Shown one piece after another: positions 1 to 13,454 of a stretch of DNA of 64,000 nt (the stretch's first letter is position 1; each line of letters opens with the position of its first letter). A program made the position numbers and the translations under genes. Below the pieces are notes generated by a model. It was not told the DNA's origin. It did no database searches and was given only the letters and a program-made list of their open reading frames with translations. Origin of the DNA: Macrostomum hystrix (Eukaryota; Animalia; Platyhelminthes); contig CATNEN010000039.1 of assembly GCA_950097015.1 (NCBI GenBank), positions 18,724,001 to 18,788,000 on the forward strand. Reading direction: 5' to 3'.

Positions 1-140
1 CTCTGCAGCTGGGGGGGGATTAGTTCTCTGCAGCTGGGGGGGGGAATTAGTTCTCTGCAGCTGGGGGGGGATTAGTTCTCTGCTGCTGGGGGAATTAGTT
101 CTCTGTAGCTGGGGGAATTAGTTCTCTGCAGCTTGGGGAT
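1..140. repeat. Tandem repeat, about 25 bp, CTCTGCAGCTG(G)nATTAGTT (truncated by window edge)
   Basis: About 5 copies with variable G run. Confidence 0.9.
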
Positions 141-894
141 ATTGGTTTTTTTCTGCTGAGGGTATTCACTTGTACCTAAGTAGCATTAAGCTGAGTTGTA
201 TCAAACGTAAGTTGCTTGTGTAATTTTGCCCTAATGGGGCTCTTGGTGTACAGACGGGATGTCTCAGAATGTATTTATTATACTACGACTCGTACTTGCT
301 TGTGGGTTCACTTTTCCACGAGAAAAAACGGCTGAACCGACTTTCACCATTATTTCGCCAAAAGACGCCAAATTTTCCAGCAACGGTACACAACTTTTTG
401 CTAAGAAATTGCTTTATTCTAAATGGGATAAAGGTTCCAAAAACATGCTTTTTGCTTATTTTTTCAAAGGTCAAACCATCTTGGCCTATTGAGAATTTCA
501 CTGACGGCCGCTGAATTGAAATTGCATCGTCAACTTGCGCAACACCCCCTAGCTGACTGAGTTAGGAGCCTGCACAATCTGGACACAAATTTGAAATTAA
601 TGTACACCACCTAAGTGTACTCTATTTATACAAAGCCAGAACTTCGAGAATTCATTTTATTATAAGGCTAATTTTTGCATCCACAATCCAACAGTCGGAG
701 TAGCCGATGTGTAGGCACTAGGAATAGGTTAGGCTAGGCAAGGCGAAGTGTCCCTGGTTCGACTCTTCACTGCGTCAAATCTTTAAACTAATTGTCAGTC
801 AGTAGTGATGGAAGCGAAGCGAAAAATTTTTATTTAATTTTGAAAATAAGGGGGAAACTTTTAATTCACTTTTTCACTTCAAAATTTTCACTTC

Positions 895-1713
895 AAAAAC
901 CAGAGTTTGAATCATAGCTAACCAGAGTTTGAATCTTGGCTAAACCAGAGTTTGAATCATGGCAAAACAAGAGTTTGAATCATTGCTAAACCAGAGTTTC
1001 AATCATGGCTAACCCAGCGTTTGAATCATGGCTAAACCAGAGTTTCAATCATGGCTAACCCAGCGTTTGAATCATGGCTAAACCAGAGCTTGAATCATGG
1101 CTAAACCAGAGCTTGAATCATGGCTAAACCAGAGTTTGAATCATGGCAAAATCAGAGTTTGAATCATTGCTAAACCAGAGTTTCAATCATGGCTAAACCC
1201 GAGTTTAAATCATGGCAAAACCAGAGTTTGAATCATTGCTAAACCAGAGTTTCAATCATGGCTAAACCCGAGTTTAAATCATGGCAAAACCAGAGTTTGA
1301 ATCATGGCAAAACCAGAGTTTGAATCATTGCTAAACCAGAGTTTCAATCATGGCTAAACCCGAGTTTAAATCATGGCAAAATCAGAGTTTGAATCATGGC
1401 AAAACCAGAGTTTGAATCATTGCTAAACCAGAGTTTCAATCATGGCTAACCCAGCGTTTGAATCATGGCTAAACCAGAGCTTGAATCATGGCTAAACCAG
1501 AGCTTGAATCATGGCTAAACCAGAGCTTGAATCATGGCTAAACCAGAGTTTGAATCATGGCTAAACCCGAGTTTAAATCATGGCAAAATCAGAGTTTGAA
1601 TCATGGCAAAACCAGAGTTTGAATCATAGCCAACCATAGTTTGAATCATAGTCAACCAGAGTCTGAATCATGGCGAAACCTGAGTTTGAATCTTGGCTAA
1701 CCCAGCGTTTGAA
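895..1713. repeat. Minisatellite, 23 bp GCTAAACCAGAGTTTGAATCATG
   Basis: About 35 tandem copies. Confidence 0.97.
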
Positions 1714-1721
1714 AAATCAAC

Positions 1722-2082
1722 GTCAACATGGGAGTCATCATCAAAATGGGGATCATGTTAAACTGGGGGATAATCGTCAACTGGAGGATCATGGTAAACT
1801 GGGGGATAATTGTCAACTGGGGGATCATTGTCAACTGGGGGGTCATTGTCAACTGGGGGATCATCATCAAATGGGGGATCATGGTCAACTTGGGGATCAT
1901 TGTCAACTGGGTGATCATTGTCAACTGGGGGATCATTGTCAACTGGGGGATCATTGTCAACTGGGGGATCATTTTCAACTGGGGGATCATTGTCAACTGG
2001 GGGATCATCATCAACTGGGGGATCATCATCAACTGGGGGATCATCATCAACTGGGGGATCATTGTCAACTGGGGGTTCATTG
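1722..2082. repeat. Minisatellite, 18 bp TCAACTGGGGGATCATTG
   Basis: About 20 copies, abutting the 23-bp array. Confidence 0.97.
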
Positions 2083-2324
2083 TAGCTTTAAAAAGCTGTA
2101 AATTCAGCTGCTAAAAAGTATATACTAGACGAATTAAAAGTATTTCTGCTCCCCGAAGGGGGGCAAAACTTGCTAGTTATTATTCTAAGCCTTTGGCAGG
2201 AAGTTGTATAAGGGGGATGACATTTTCATTATGCTAAACAAAGTTTGACAAGCGGCAGTGGCAGTAAACGTGGAATATTTATAAACATAAATTTATTTAT
2301 TTACTAAGTGAAATTCTAAAGCTT

Positions 2325-2575
2325 GTCGTGCAATTTACGCCCTTGAAGGCCAACCAACAAGGCACAGTTAAATGTACACTGCCTGACAATGAGAAAGTCA
2401 GGGCAGATGTACACACATGTGTGTGTGTGCCTGCGTACGGTATCTGTGTGCGTGTGTGCTCAGGAGTCAGCAGAATGGGCAGAATTTCCACCTCGCTGGT
2501 TGCAGGTCTAGTGTCACAAAATTATGTGCCACTGCTCACAGGTCTCCTGCAATTATTAATATTGTTATTATTAAA
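2325..2575 (+). mobile_element. SINE family A, 5'-truncated copy
   Basis: Shares GGCCAACC..AAGGCACAG, CTGCCTGAC..GAAAGTCAGGGCA, GTGTGCTCAGGAGTCAGC and an ATT-rich tail with copies at 29.4, 53.2 and 60.4 kb. Confidence 0.8.
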
Positions 2576-2774
2576 AGGTATGAAAAGAGAATGCAGCTAC
2601 AAGCCTGACAAAATAATCAGCTCGAAAAACGCGACATTCGTCCTTGACCTTTCGAAAAAGGGACCATTGTTTTATTAAATCACATAGATTTTTATATAAT
2701 TAGACATCCTGTCTTTTGAATCCAAAGTCTAAATTAAGCGTTCCTTCATTTTCTTGCGTAAATAAATCTCGTCC

Positions 2775-3322
2775 TATCGCTTCCGGTTATCGATCGGGTC
2801 AAAGTACACCTGTCGCTTCCGGTTATCGATCGGGTCAAAGTACACCTGTCGCTTCCGGTTATCGATCGGGTCAAAGTACACCTGTCGCTTCCGGTTATCG
2901 ATCGGGTCAAAGTACACTTGTCGCTTCCGGTTATCGATCGGGTCAAAGTACACCTGTCGCTTCCGGTTATCGATCGGGTCAAAGTACACCTGTCGCTTCC
3001 GGTTATCGATCGGGTCAAAGTACACCTGTCGCTTCCGGTTATCGATCGGGTCAAAGTACACTTGTCGCTTCCGGTTATCGATCGGGTCAAAGTACACCTG
3101 TCGCTTCCGGTTATCGATCGGGTCAAAGTACACCTGTCGCTTCCGGTTATCGATCGGGTCAAAGTACACCTGTCGCTTACGGTTATCGATCGGGTCAAAG
3201 TACACCTGTCGCTTCCGGTTATCGATCGGGTCAAAGTACACCTGTCGCTTCCGGTTATCGATCGGGTCAAAGTACACCTGTCGCTTCCGGTTATCGATCG
3301 GGTCAAAGTACACCTGTCGCTT
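2775..3322. repeat. Minisatellite, 36 bp CTGTCGCTTCCGGTTATCGATCGGGTCAAAGTACAC
   Basis: About 15 nearly identical copies. Confidence 0.98.
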
Positions 3323-3619
3323 TTTGATATGTCCAGTAAAAGTATGTTCCCTGGAGACCTAGAATTTTTTTCGAGTAAATAATGTTTTTCGTTTTTCTGA
3401 GTAAATTTCAATTTTCAAATTTTCTGATTAACAAAAAGTTATTGGCCTTTTGAATTAAATATAGCCGCCAGAAATGTTAACCTCAAGAGAGAAATAGTAA
3501 GTCTCATCTAGTTTAGCAATTTAGATCAAGAAAATTATTAATTTTCGAGCTATCTAAGTCTCCTGAGGCCTATGACTTGTTGATCTAGACAATTTGCTAA
3601 CGAGCCTCAGGCTGTCGGC

Positions 3620-3860
3620 GGGCAAACATGCTTGACCTTGTCTGCTCAGCATCGTTCAATCGACAACTCACCAGTTGACGGAGGCGAAGTCCTTCAACAA
3701 CTAGCATGTAGGCAAGCATCAGAAGCAGCAGCCAAGGCAGCTTCTTCGCAATGGCGACCATCGCTTTTAGATCAACGCGCCAGTCTAGTAGGGAAACTAA
3801 CTGACGATTGTTTCGCTTCCTTTGCCAACTATCGGGTGCTGGCAAACCAGACGAGCAGGT
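3620..3860. other. GC-rich island between arrays, possible orphan exon
   Basis: Open frames on both strands; + frame ends in cag|gtgatt; - frame gives a signal-peptide-like MVAIAKKLPWLLLLMLAYMLVVEG. No recognisable homology. Confidence 0.25.
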
Positions 3861-4199
3861 GATTAGAGTTGACACAGCCACTGCCGTTTTATATCCGAGT
3901 AGACTATATCATTGTAGAATGAGTTGCCGCGATGTGATTGGCTGTGAGATTCTGACAGCCAATGAGCACAGTTTGGGCGCAGTGGAGTTGGCCTCGTAGA
4001 GATCATTTCCAAATTGGGGATTACAAGATCAGTTATAGCGATTAGCTTTTTAGGTAATGAATGTGCTAGTTGTGTCAAACGATTTGTTGTGTTCCGTAGA
4101 AGTTACTTCTGTTAATTGAAAACATGACTGATAACTAACACGTAATATTCTATCTAACAGTTAGCAATTTTTTTTATTAAAAACTCTATTTTTGCCGAA

Positions 4200-6210
4200 C
4201 TGTGATGTCTAACAGGTCTAGAAACCGGTCGTATGTCTAACATTGTCTAATGTCTAACAGGTTAAGAAACCGCTCTAATGTCTAACACTGTCTGATGTCT
4301 AACACTGTCTGATGTCTAACACTGTCTGATGTCTAACACTGTCTGATGTCTAACACTGTCTGATGTCTAACACTGTCTGATGTCTTACACTGTCTGATGT
4401 CTAACAGTGTCTGATGTCTAACAGTGTCTGATGTCTAACAGCGTCTGATGTCTTACACTGTCTGATGTCTAACAGTGTCTAATGTCTAACACTGTCTGAT
4501 GTCTAACAGTGTCTGATGTCTAACACTGTCTGATGTCTAACAGTGTCTGATGTCTAACACTGTCTGATGTCTAACAGTGTCTGATGTCTAACAGTGTCTG
4601 ATGTCTAACAGCGTCTGATGTCTTACACTGTCTGATGTCTAACAGTGTCTGATGTCTAACAGTGTCTGATGTCTAAATCTGTCTGATGTCTAACAGTGTC
4701 TGATGTCTTACACTGTCTGATGTCTAACAGTGTCTGATGTCTAACACTGTCTGATGTCTAACACTGTCTGATGTCTAACAGTGTCTGATGTCTAACACTG
4801 TCTGATGTCTAACAGTGTCTGATGTCTAACAGTGTCTGATGTCTAACAGCGTCTGATGTCTTACACTGTCTGATGTCTAACAGTGTCTGATGTCTAACAG
4901 TGTCTGATGTCTAACACTGTCTGATGTCTAACAGTGTCTGATGTCTAACACTGTCTGATGTCTAACAGTGTCTGATGTCTAACAGTGTCTGATGTCTAAC
5001 ACTGTCTGATGTCTTACACTGTCTGATGTCTAACAGTGTCTGATGTCTAACAGTGTCTGATGTCTAAAACTGTCTGATGTCTAACAGTGTCTGATGTCTA
5101 ACACTGTCTGATGTCTAACAGTGTCTGATGTCTAACACTGTCTGATGTCTAACACTGTCTGATGTCTAACACTGTCTGATGTCTAACACTGTCTGATGTC
5201 TAACAGTGTCTGATGTCTAACAGTGTCTGATGTCTAACACTGTCTGATGTCTTACACTGTCTGATGTCTAACAGTGTCTGATGTCTAACAGTGTCTGATG
5301 TCTAAAACTGTCTGATGTCTAACAGTGTCTGATGTCTAACACTGTCTGATGTCTAACAGTGTCTGATGTCTAACAGTGTCTGATGTCTAACACTGTCTGA
5401 TGTCTAACAGTGTCTGATGTCTAACACTGTCTGATGTCTAACACTGTCTGATGTCTAACAGTGTCTGATGTCTAACAGTGTCTGATGTCTAAAACTGTCT
5501 GATGTCTAACAGTGTCTGATGTCTAACACTGTCTGATGTCTAACAGTGTCTGATGTCTAACAGCGTCTGATGTCTAACACTGTCTGATGTCTAACAGTGT
5601 CTGATGTCTAAATCTGTCTGATGTCTAACAGCGTCTGATGTCTTACACTGTCTGATGTCTAACAGTGTCTGATGTCTAACACTGTCTGATGTCTAACAGT
5701 GTCTGATGTCTAACAGTGTCTGATGTCTAACAGCGTCTGATGTCTTACACTGTCTGATGTCTAACAGTGTCTGATGTCTAACAGTGTCTGATGTCTAAAA
5801 CTGTCTGATGTCTAACAGTGTCTGATGTCTAACACTGTCTGATGTCTAACAGTGTCTGATGTCTAACAGCGTCTGATGTCTAACAGTGTCTGATGTCTAA
5901 CAGTGTCTGATGTCTAAATCTGTCTGATGTCTAACAGTGTCTGATGTCTTACACTGTCTGATGTCTAACAGTGTCTGATGTCTAACACTGTCTGATGTCT
6001 AACACTGTCTGATGTCTAACACTGTCTGATGTCTAACAGTGTCTGATGTCTAACACTGTCTGATGTCTAACAGTGTCTGATGTCTAACAGTGTCTGATGT
6101 CTAACAGTGTCTGATGTCTAACAGTGTCTGATGTCTAACAGTGTCTGATGTCTAACACTGTCTGATGTCTAACAGTGTCTGATGTCTAACAGTGTCTGAT
6201 GTCTAACAGT
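4200..6210. repeat. Minisatellite, 17 bp GTCTGATGTCTAACA(C/G)T
   Basis: More than 110 copies, degenerate left edge. Confidence 0.98.
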
Positions 6211-6802
6211 TGAAGAAACAGTTCCAATATCAAACGCTAATGTAAGAATTTCAGAAATTATTAAGTTCTGAAACTTTGATGATATCAGTTGACCTTCTCA
6301 TAGTTAATTAATTAAGTTCTAACGTTTTTATGGGGTCAAGTAGTCATATTTTGGGGCATTGGTTTAGTATTTTAATGAAAAGTTGAATAGAATTAATAAG
6401 TAGAATATAGAAAAAAAACATAATTTTTATTATACCAATTCTAACTGAAATGAATTGTATATTATGAAACAAAACATTGCTTTTACTCTCATTAAGTATA
6501 GATTTCAGATTTTGCAACAAAATGCCATGGTGATACGACAGCTGAAAGTATCCGCAATGGGACAGTTATCTTCAATCGGCAACAGACTGCTGCTAAATTT
6601 GCTAGCAGAAAAAAATGAATAGATAAATTTGCATTGCTGCGATGCTGAATTGGGTGGCATCAAGACAAGAGTATCAGCGTCAGCGAGGGGAATCGTGAAG
6701 GGGAAGACGGATATGAAATTATAAATAGTTCTGAAAATATGGAAAAGAGAGGATGACGCTAAAAAACCGGGAGTAGAAGACAGAGGGAAGAATATGAAGG
6801 GT

Positions 6803-9630
6803 CTCAGTCTCCATTCTCCCGATTCTCAATCTCCATTCTCCCGATTCTCAATCTCCATTCTCACGATTCTCAATTTCCATTCTCACGATTCTCTATTTCC
6901 ATTCTCCCGATTCTCAATCTCCATTCTCACGATTCTCAATCTCCTTTCTCCCAATTCTCAATCTCCATTCTCACGATTCTCAATATCCATTCTCACGATT
7001 CTCAATCTCGATTCTCCCGATTCTCAATCTCCATTCTCCCGATTCTCAATCTCCATTCTCCCGATTCTCAATCTCCATTATCCCGATTCTCAATCTCCAT
7101 TATCCCGATTCTCAATCTCCATTCTCCCGATTCTCAATATCCATTCTCACGATTCTCAATCTCCATTCTCCCGATTCTCAATCTCCATTCTCCCGATTCT
7201 CAATCTCCATTCTCCCGATTCTCAATCTCCATTCTCCCGATTCTCAATCTCCATTATCCCGATTCTCAATCTCCATTATCCCGATTCTCAATCTCCATTC
7301 TCCCGATTCTCAATATCCATTCTCACGATTCTCAATCTCCATTCTCCCGATTCTCAATATCCATTCTCCCGATTCTCAATCTCCATTCTCCCGATTCTCA
7401 ATCTACATTCTCACGATTCTCAATCTCCATTCTCACCATTCTCAATCTCCATTCTCCCGATTCTCAATCTCCATTCTCACGATTCTCAATCTCCATTCTC
7501 ACGATTCTCAATCTCCATTCTCACGATTCTCAATCTCCATTCTCCCGATTCTCAATCTCCATTCTCACGATTCTCAATCTCCTTTCTCCCGATTCTCAAT
7601 CTCCATTCTCACGATTCTCAATCTCCATTATCCCGATTCTCAATCTCCATTCTCCCGATTCTCAATATCCATTCTCACGATTCTCAATCTCCATTCTCCC
7701 GATTCTCAATCTCCATTATCCCGATTCTCAATCTCCATTATCCCGATTCTCAATCTCCATTCTCCCGATTCTCAATATCCATTCTCACGATTCTCAATCT
7801 CCATTCTCCCGATTCTCAATCTCCATTCTCCCGATTCTCAATCTCCATTCTCCCGATTCTCAATCTCCATTCTCCCGATTCTCAATCTCCATTCTCCCGA
7901 TTCTCAATCTCCATTATCCCGATTCTCAATCTCCATTCTCCCGATTCTCAATATCCATTCTCACGATTCTCAATCTCCATTCTCCCGATTCTCAATATCC
8001 ATTCTCCCGATTCTCAATCTCCATTCTCCCGATTCTCAATCTACATTCTCACGATTCTCAATCTCCATTCTCACCATTCTCAATCTCCATTCTCCCGATT
8101 CTCAATCTCCATTCTCACGATTCTCAATCTCCATTCTCACGATTCTCAATATCCATTCTCACGATTCTCAATCTCGATTCTCCCGATTCTCAATCTCCAT
8201 TCTCCCGATTCTCAATCTCCATTCTCCCGATTCTCAATCTCCATTATCCCGATTCTCAATCTCCATTATCCCGATTCTCAATCTCCATTCTCCCGATTCT
8301 CAATATCCATTCTCACGATTCTCAATCTCCATTCTCCCGATTCTCAATCTCCATTCTCCCGATTCTCAATCTCCATTCTCCCGATTCTCAATCTCCATTC
8401 TCCCGATTCTCAATCTCCATTATCCCGATTCTCAATCTCCATTATCCCGATTCTCAATCTCCATTCTCCCGATTCTCAATATCCATTCTCACGATTCTCA
8501 ATCTCCATTCTCCCGATTCTCAATATCCATTCTCCCGATTCTCAATCTCCATTCTCCCGATTCTCAATCTACATTCTCACGATTCTCAATCTCCATTCTC
8601 ACCATTCTCAATCTCCATTCTCCCGATTCTCAATCTCCATTCTCACGATTCTCAATCTCCATTCTCACGATTCTCAATCTCCATTCTCACGATTCTCAAT
8701 CTCCATTCTCCCGATTCTCAATCTCCATTCTCACGATTCTCAATCTCCTTTCTCCCGATTCTCAATCTCCATTCTCACGATTCTCAATCTCCATTATCCC
8801 GATTCTCAATCTCCATTCTCCCGATTCTCAATATCCATTCTCACGATTCTCAATCTCCATTCTCCCGATTCTCAATCTCCATTCTCCCGATTCTCAATCT
8901 CCATTCTCCCGATTCTCAATCTCCATTCTCCCGATTCTCAATCTCCATTATCCCGATTCTCAATCTCCATTATCCCGATTCTCAATCTCCATTCTCCCGA
9001 TTCTCAATATCCATTCTCACGATTCTCAATCTCCATTCTCCCGATTCTCAATATCCATTCTCACGATTCTCAATCTCCATTCTCCCGATTCTCAATCTCC
9101 ATTCTCACGGTTCTTAATCTCCATTCTCACGATTCTCAATATCCATTTTCACGATTCTCAATCTCCATTCTCAAGACTTTAAAATTAAATTCTCACGATT
9201 CTCAATATCCATTTTCACGATTCTCAATCTCCATTCTCAAGACTTTAAAATTCAATTCTCACGATTCTCAATATCCATTCTCTCGACTCTCGATCTCCAT
9301 TCTCACTATCCTCAATCTCCATTCTCACGATTCTCAATCTCCATTGTCACGATTCTCAATCTCCATTCTCACGATTCTCAATCTCCATTCTCACGATTCT
9401 CAATCTCCATTCTCACGATTCTCAATCTCCATTCTCACGATTCTCAATCTCCATTCTCACGATTCTCAATCTCCATTCTCACGATTCTCAATCTCCATTC
9501 TCACGATTCTCAATCTCCATTCTCACGATTCTCAATCTCCATTCTCACGATTCTCAATCTCCATTGTCACGATTCCTAATCTCCATTCTCATGATTCTCA
9601 ATGTCTATTCTCACTTTTCTCAACTCTAAA
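6803..9630. repeat. Minisatellite, 22 bp ATTCTCAATCTCCATTCTC(C/A)CG
   Basis: About 125 copies; explains the spurious 947-aa ORF. Confidence 0.98.
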
Positions 9631-10374
9631 TTTCTGAATCCATTTCTAAAGTTTTAAATTTTAATTCCCACGATTCTCAACTGCCATTTCTTAGTAATTT
9701 TAAACTCAGATTGTATATATTCTTTCTTAATAATAAATAACTTAATGTAATAATTTTTATTTTTATTTCTACATTATTTATACCGCATCTCTGAGTAGGC
9801 GCATCACCTTACAGGAGTGTTTCAGGCATCGTTGTGCGGAAAAATGTAAAAAAAAATAGTCAAGGGAAGACTAATGATCTCTTGTACCAGCTCGTAGTCG
9901 GGACACTGAATAATTGAACTTGAAGTCACGAATTCGCACATTACAGCACCAATTGGCCGGTGTGCAGTGTTCAAGAATGAAAAATAATTCTGCAGGAAGT
10001 CTCGCGGGATTGAAAAATCAGCGAGTTGAAGTGGTTCGGTTGGTCCAGTGCGAACCAGTCAAAGGATTATGGCTGCTTATACACATGCGAACATTGTAAA
10101 TAAGTCTTTATCGCCCCCCCCCCTATGTATGGCCCGAGTACATCCGGAATTGAGCTCACTGTTATAAGAGCTCACGATAGCTCCCTTACCTCACTGTGTT
10201 AGCTGGTTGTTTTGGACTTTAAAAAATATGAAAACAGGTGTCGCACAATAACTGATTACTCGCTTTATAATTTTCTCTATGCAGGTCACTTTAAGAAAAC
10301 CAAAAATTTTATTTAAATGTTCAAAATGAGAGATTTATGACAATAAGCAGAAAAAAAGAACACAGGAAAAACGG

Positions 10375-10725
10375 AAGGAACCGGGCTGGGAGAACCGGGA
10401 GGGGAGAACCGGGAGGGGAGAACCGGGAGGGGAGAACCGGGAGGGGGAGAACTGGCAGGGGGAGAACCACGAAGAGGAGAACCGGGAGGGGGAGAACCGG
10501 GAGGGGAGAACCAGGAGGGGGAGAACCGGGAGGGGGAGAACCGGCAGGGGGAGAACCAGGAAGAGGAGAACCGGGAGGGGGAGAACCGGGAGGGGAGAAC
10601 CAGGAGGGGGAGAACCGGGAGGGGGAGAACTGGCAGGGGGAGATCCACGAAGAGGAGAACCGGGAGGGGGAGAACCAGAAGGGGAGAACAGGGAGGGGGA
10701 GAATCAGGAAGGATGAGAAAGGATG
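10375..10725. repeat. G-rich tandem repeat, 14-20 bp, GGGGAGAACCGGGAG
   Basis: About 20 variable copies. Confidence 0.93.
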
Positions 10726-12100
10726 AGAACTTTTACGAGCCAATTCCACAATTATCACTTTTAAATCTTACGAATTTCTAAACATTATATTTTTTACAAC
10801 CGTTTTTACTGTTAAATGAAGATAAGTCTACTGCAGAAGTAGAGTGTGATGGTCATAATTACATAAAATTAATAAATTAATCATATTAATTTGACGCTGC
10901 TTAACATGGTATTTTCTGTGGAAAATTTCCACATATAAAGCCAATAATATCATTAGGGAATGTGATTTATTAGAAACCAAAGCACACGATAAGACGTTAA
11001 AAAATATATATATAATATCATATTTTGAAATGGTTCATAGTTCGAAAATTAAGCCACAATATGATAGAGACTTGTTGCCGCTACATTGCAGAGTAGAAGT
11101 AAACTAATATATTTGTTTTTTTCCACAAATTAATGCATTTAACTTTTTTGTTATACCAATATTGCATTTACTTTGTATAGTTTTACTTTTACATATATGA
11201 AATTATTTTTTTTTATATTTTACAATACGGTGCACAAAACGATACTGCAGATTTTGTTATAGCTGATAGGTTATTCAGACAGATGGACATGGACAAATGG
11301 TCATAATTGATTTAACTTAAAGTTTCAAGTTAAAATTGGTCCGGATATATAAAGTATATCAGACGAAACAATATAAACTAATAGGTATGCCCTAAATAAT
11401 TTAAACAAAAATGTGATCATTACGTGACAACATGTGTGTAAACGGGAAACATGTAATATTAAAACTAAAGTCCTCAAAAGTTCTCAAACGAGAAAAATTA
11501 TGTGCTTTGCAGGAACTTAAATTTTTTACACTTATTGTAAATTACTTATATATATGTTCAGAAAATGTTCAGAAAAATATTAAGTGACAATTAAATGTCA
11601 AACTTTTTATGCGTAATGATAAAAGTATTATAAAAAATGAAAACGACCAGACCAAGTTATAAGTAACAAAGCTGCTTGAAACAATTAGTGGCGAATAAGA
11701 GTTACATCAAGATCTAGTAGAAAATTTGTTTTCCATTTGTGGCGAACGAGTTTTAAAAAAGTGGGTTTATAGCGCGAGTCGCTAGTGAAACGTGAGTTAA
11801 TATAAAAAATCAAGCATAGTGACTTTTGTGGCGCTTGGTTCACCACAATATTTTATATACGTTGCTAAATAAAAACACTTTTACTTAGTTTTTTAATAAC
11901 AAATTAGAAAACTAAAACAAAAAACTGAAGACTTTAACAAATAAAATCGTGTGCCTGCAGTTATTCTCAATTATTCTCGAATTTCGATTCGTGAGAATTG
12001 AGTGATATTAAAAAAAGCGGCAAATGAGACCGATGCGATCCGGTAAAAGAAAGTATTGCCTTTTGTTTAAGTAAATCGACCAATGGAGGAATTTAAGCAC

Positions 12101-12106
12101 TATCTA

Positions 12107-12138
<32 letters not shown>

Positions 12139-12160
12139 CGTATTTATCTTTCTATCTATG
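12101..12160. repeat. (TATC)n microsatellite just 3' of the GPCR stop
   Basis: tatctatctatc run. Confidence 0.85.
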
Positions 12161-12178
12161 GATATGTGCACCGCAGTC

Positions 12179-13306
12179 TTAAACTGCCGAGATGTACTGC
12201 GTGATCACGGTCCCACTGCGCTGTTGTGGCAACAGGTTGACCATCGGAATGTTTTCATCATTGTTGAGGCCGTCTTTGTCTACGTCCTCCCGCTGACGAC
12301 GCGTGTCCTGAGGCGTCAGCAGCGGTGGCGCCGGAGGCAGCCAGCCGAGACGGCTCAGCAGCCAATCTGGCAGCAGGCGCAGGGAGCCATCACGGAACTG
12401 CTTGTTGAAGTAGGCGTACAGAATCGGATTGAGGGCGCTGTTAACGTAGGGCATCAAGGATGTGATGTGAGCAGAGTAGGAAGCGTGCTCAGGCGGTATG
12501 AGGCCTCCGTGACCAAGGAAAACATGGAACCAGTGCGGCGCGTAGCAGATAAAATAGCTGAGTATGATGGCGAACACAGTCTTGTTCAACCGGGTCAGGC
12601 ATTGCTGGGCCTGGTTAGGCCCGCCAGTGGCGGCCGCATGTCTGCGCACCTTCCTCTGAATCAGGCCGTAGAAGACTGAAATGAGAACGAGCGGAATCAG
12701 GCAGCCCACAACAAAATTGTAGATCACAAAGTTCAGTCCGTCCTCGGCGATGCTTCTGATGAAGCCAAAGAAATTTCCAACGGTTGTACTGCTGTTGCTA
12801 CCGGTGCTGTTACTACCGAGGACAAGGTGGCCGCAGCTATAGGTGACTTCGTCTCCTTCGCCCCAAGCGGTCACTTTTGAGAACAACCCAATCGGCGTCA
12901 CTAGCAACGCGCCTAGCAGCCAGAGTAGGAGCAGGAATCTCCAAGCGAAACGGCGACTGCGCAGAGAGCTGGAATAATTATTCAGAACCACTGCAATGAA
13001 CCGGTCGAAGGCCATTGCGGTGATGATGAAGATGCTGGCAGTCCAGTTTGTGTAGTGAATGATGTAGAAAGCTTTGCACGCGAAATCGCCCCAGGTCCAG
13101 CTCTGAACACGCGACAGGTGCATCAGCGGAATGATTGACAGCAGGTGAAGTATGTCAGCGGCGGCCAGGTGTCCCAGGTAGATGTTCACAGATTTTTGAT
13201 CGGATTTTATCTTGGCAGCGATCAGGATAACTAGCGAGTTGTCGAGCAGGCCAACAACCAGGATGACACCGAAGAGTGCGAAAATAAAAATATAAAATGG
13301 CGGCAT
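12179..13306 (-). CDS. Class A (rhodopsin-like) GPCR, somatostatin/opioid/allatostatin-C/MCH-receptor-like, about 375 aa
   Basis: Seven hydrophobic segments with LAAAD (TM2), WTWGDFACK (ECL1/TM3), DRF, CYAP (CWxP position) and NSALNPILY. A possible 7-nt upstream coding exon 14048-14042 (ATGACAG|gtaaat) splices in frame to the acceptor at 13315/13314, giving MTETTMPP. Confidence 0.93.
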   Translation of the reverse strand: MPPFYIFIFALFGVILVVGLLDNSLVILIAAKIKSDQKSVNIYLGHLAAADILHLLSIIPLMHLSRVQSWTWGDFACKAFYIIHYTNWTASIFIITAMAFDRFIAVVLNNYSSSLRSRRFAWRFLLLLWLLGALLVTPIGLFSKVTAWGEGDEVTYSCGHLVLGSNSTGSNSSTTVGNFFGFIRSIAEDGLNFVIYNFVVGCLIPLVLISVFYGLIQRKVRRHAAATGGPNQAQQCLTRLNKTVFAIILSYFICYAPHWFHVFLGHGGLIPPEHASYSAHITSLMPYVNSALNPILYAYFNKQFRDGSLRLLPDWLLSRLGWLPPAPPLLTPQDTRRQREDVDKDGLNNDENIPMVNLLPQQRSGTVITQYISAV

Positions 13307-13454
13307 TGTTGTTTCTTAAAAATTATCAGCAAATTGAGGGATGAAAATTCTGAATATTTCATGCGTTCTGTTTTTTAAATATTATTTCTGGTCGCTACAG
13401 CCACGAACCAATCAAAATGAGTTTAAAACGGTAGCCTAAGTTTTCCGTTGGCGG

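Noticed and set aside
161-206. Micro-exon ending in c|gtaagt
   Set aside because: No partner exon or homology visible within the window.
2775-3322. CRISPR-like 36-bp repeats
   Set aside because: Head-to-tail with no spacers, no cas genes, eukaryotic context.
1670-3411. Repetitive ORFs (GDHCQL)n and (SGYRSGQSTPVA)n
   Set aside because: Unit lengths divisible by 3 leave several frames open on both strands; no synonymous-site bias or splice context.
6794-9637. 947-aa ORF
   Set aside because: Translation of a stop-free 22-bp minisatellite; all three frame peptides cycle.
12083-12679. 198-aa plus-strand ORF
   Set aside because: Antisense shadow of the GPCR.
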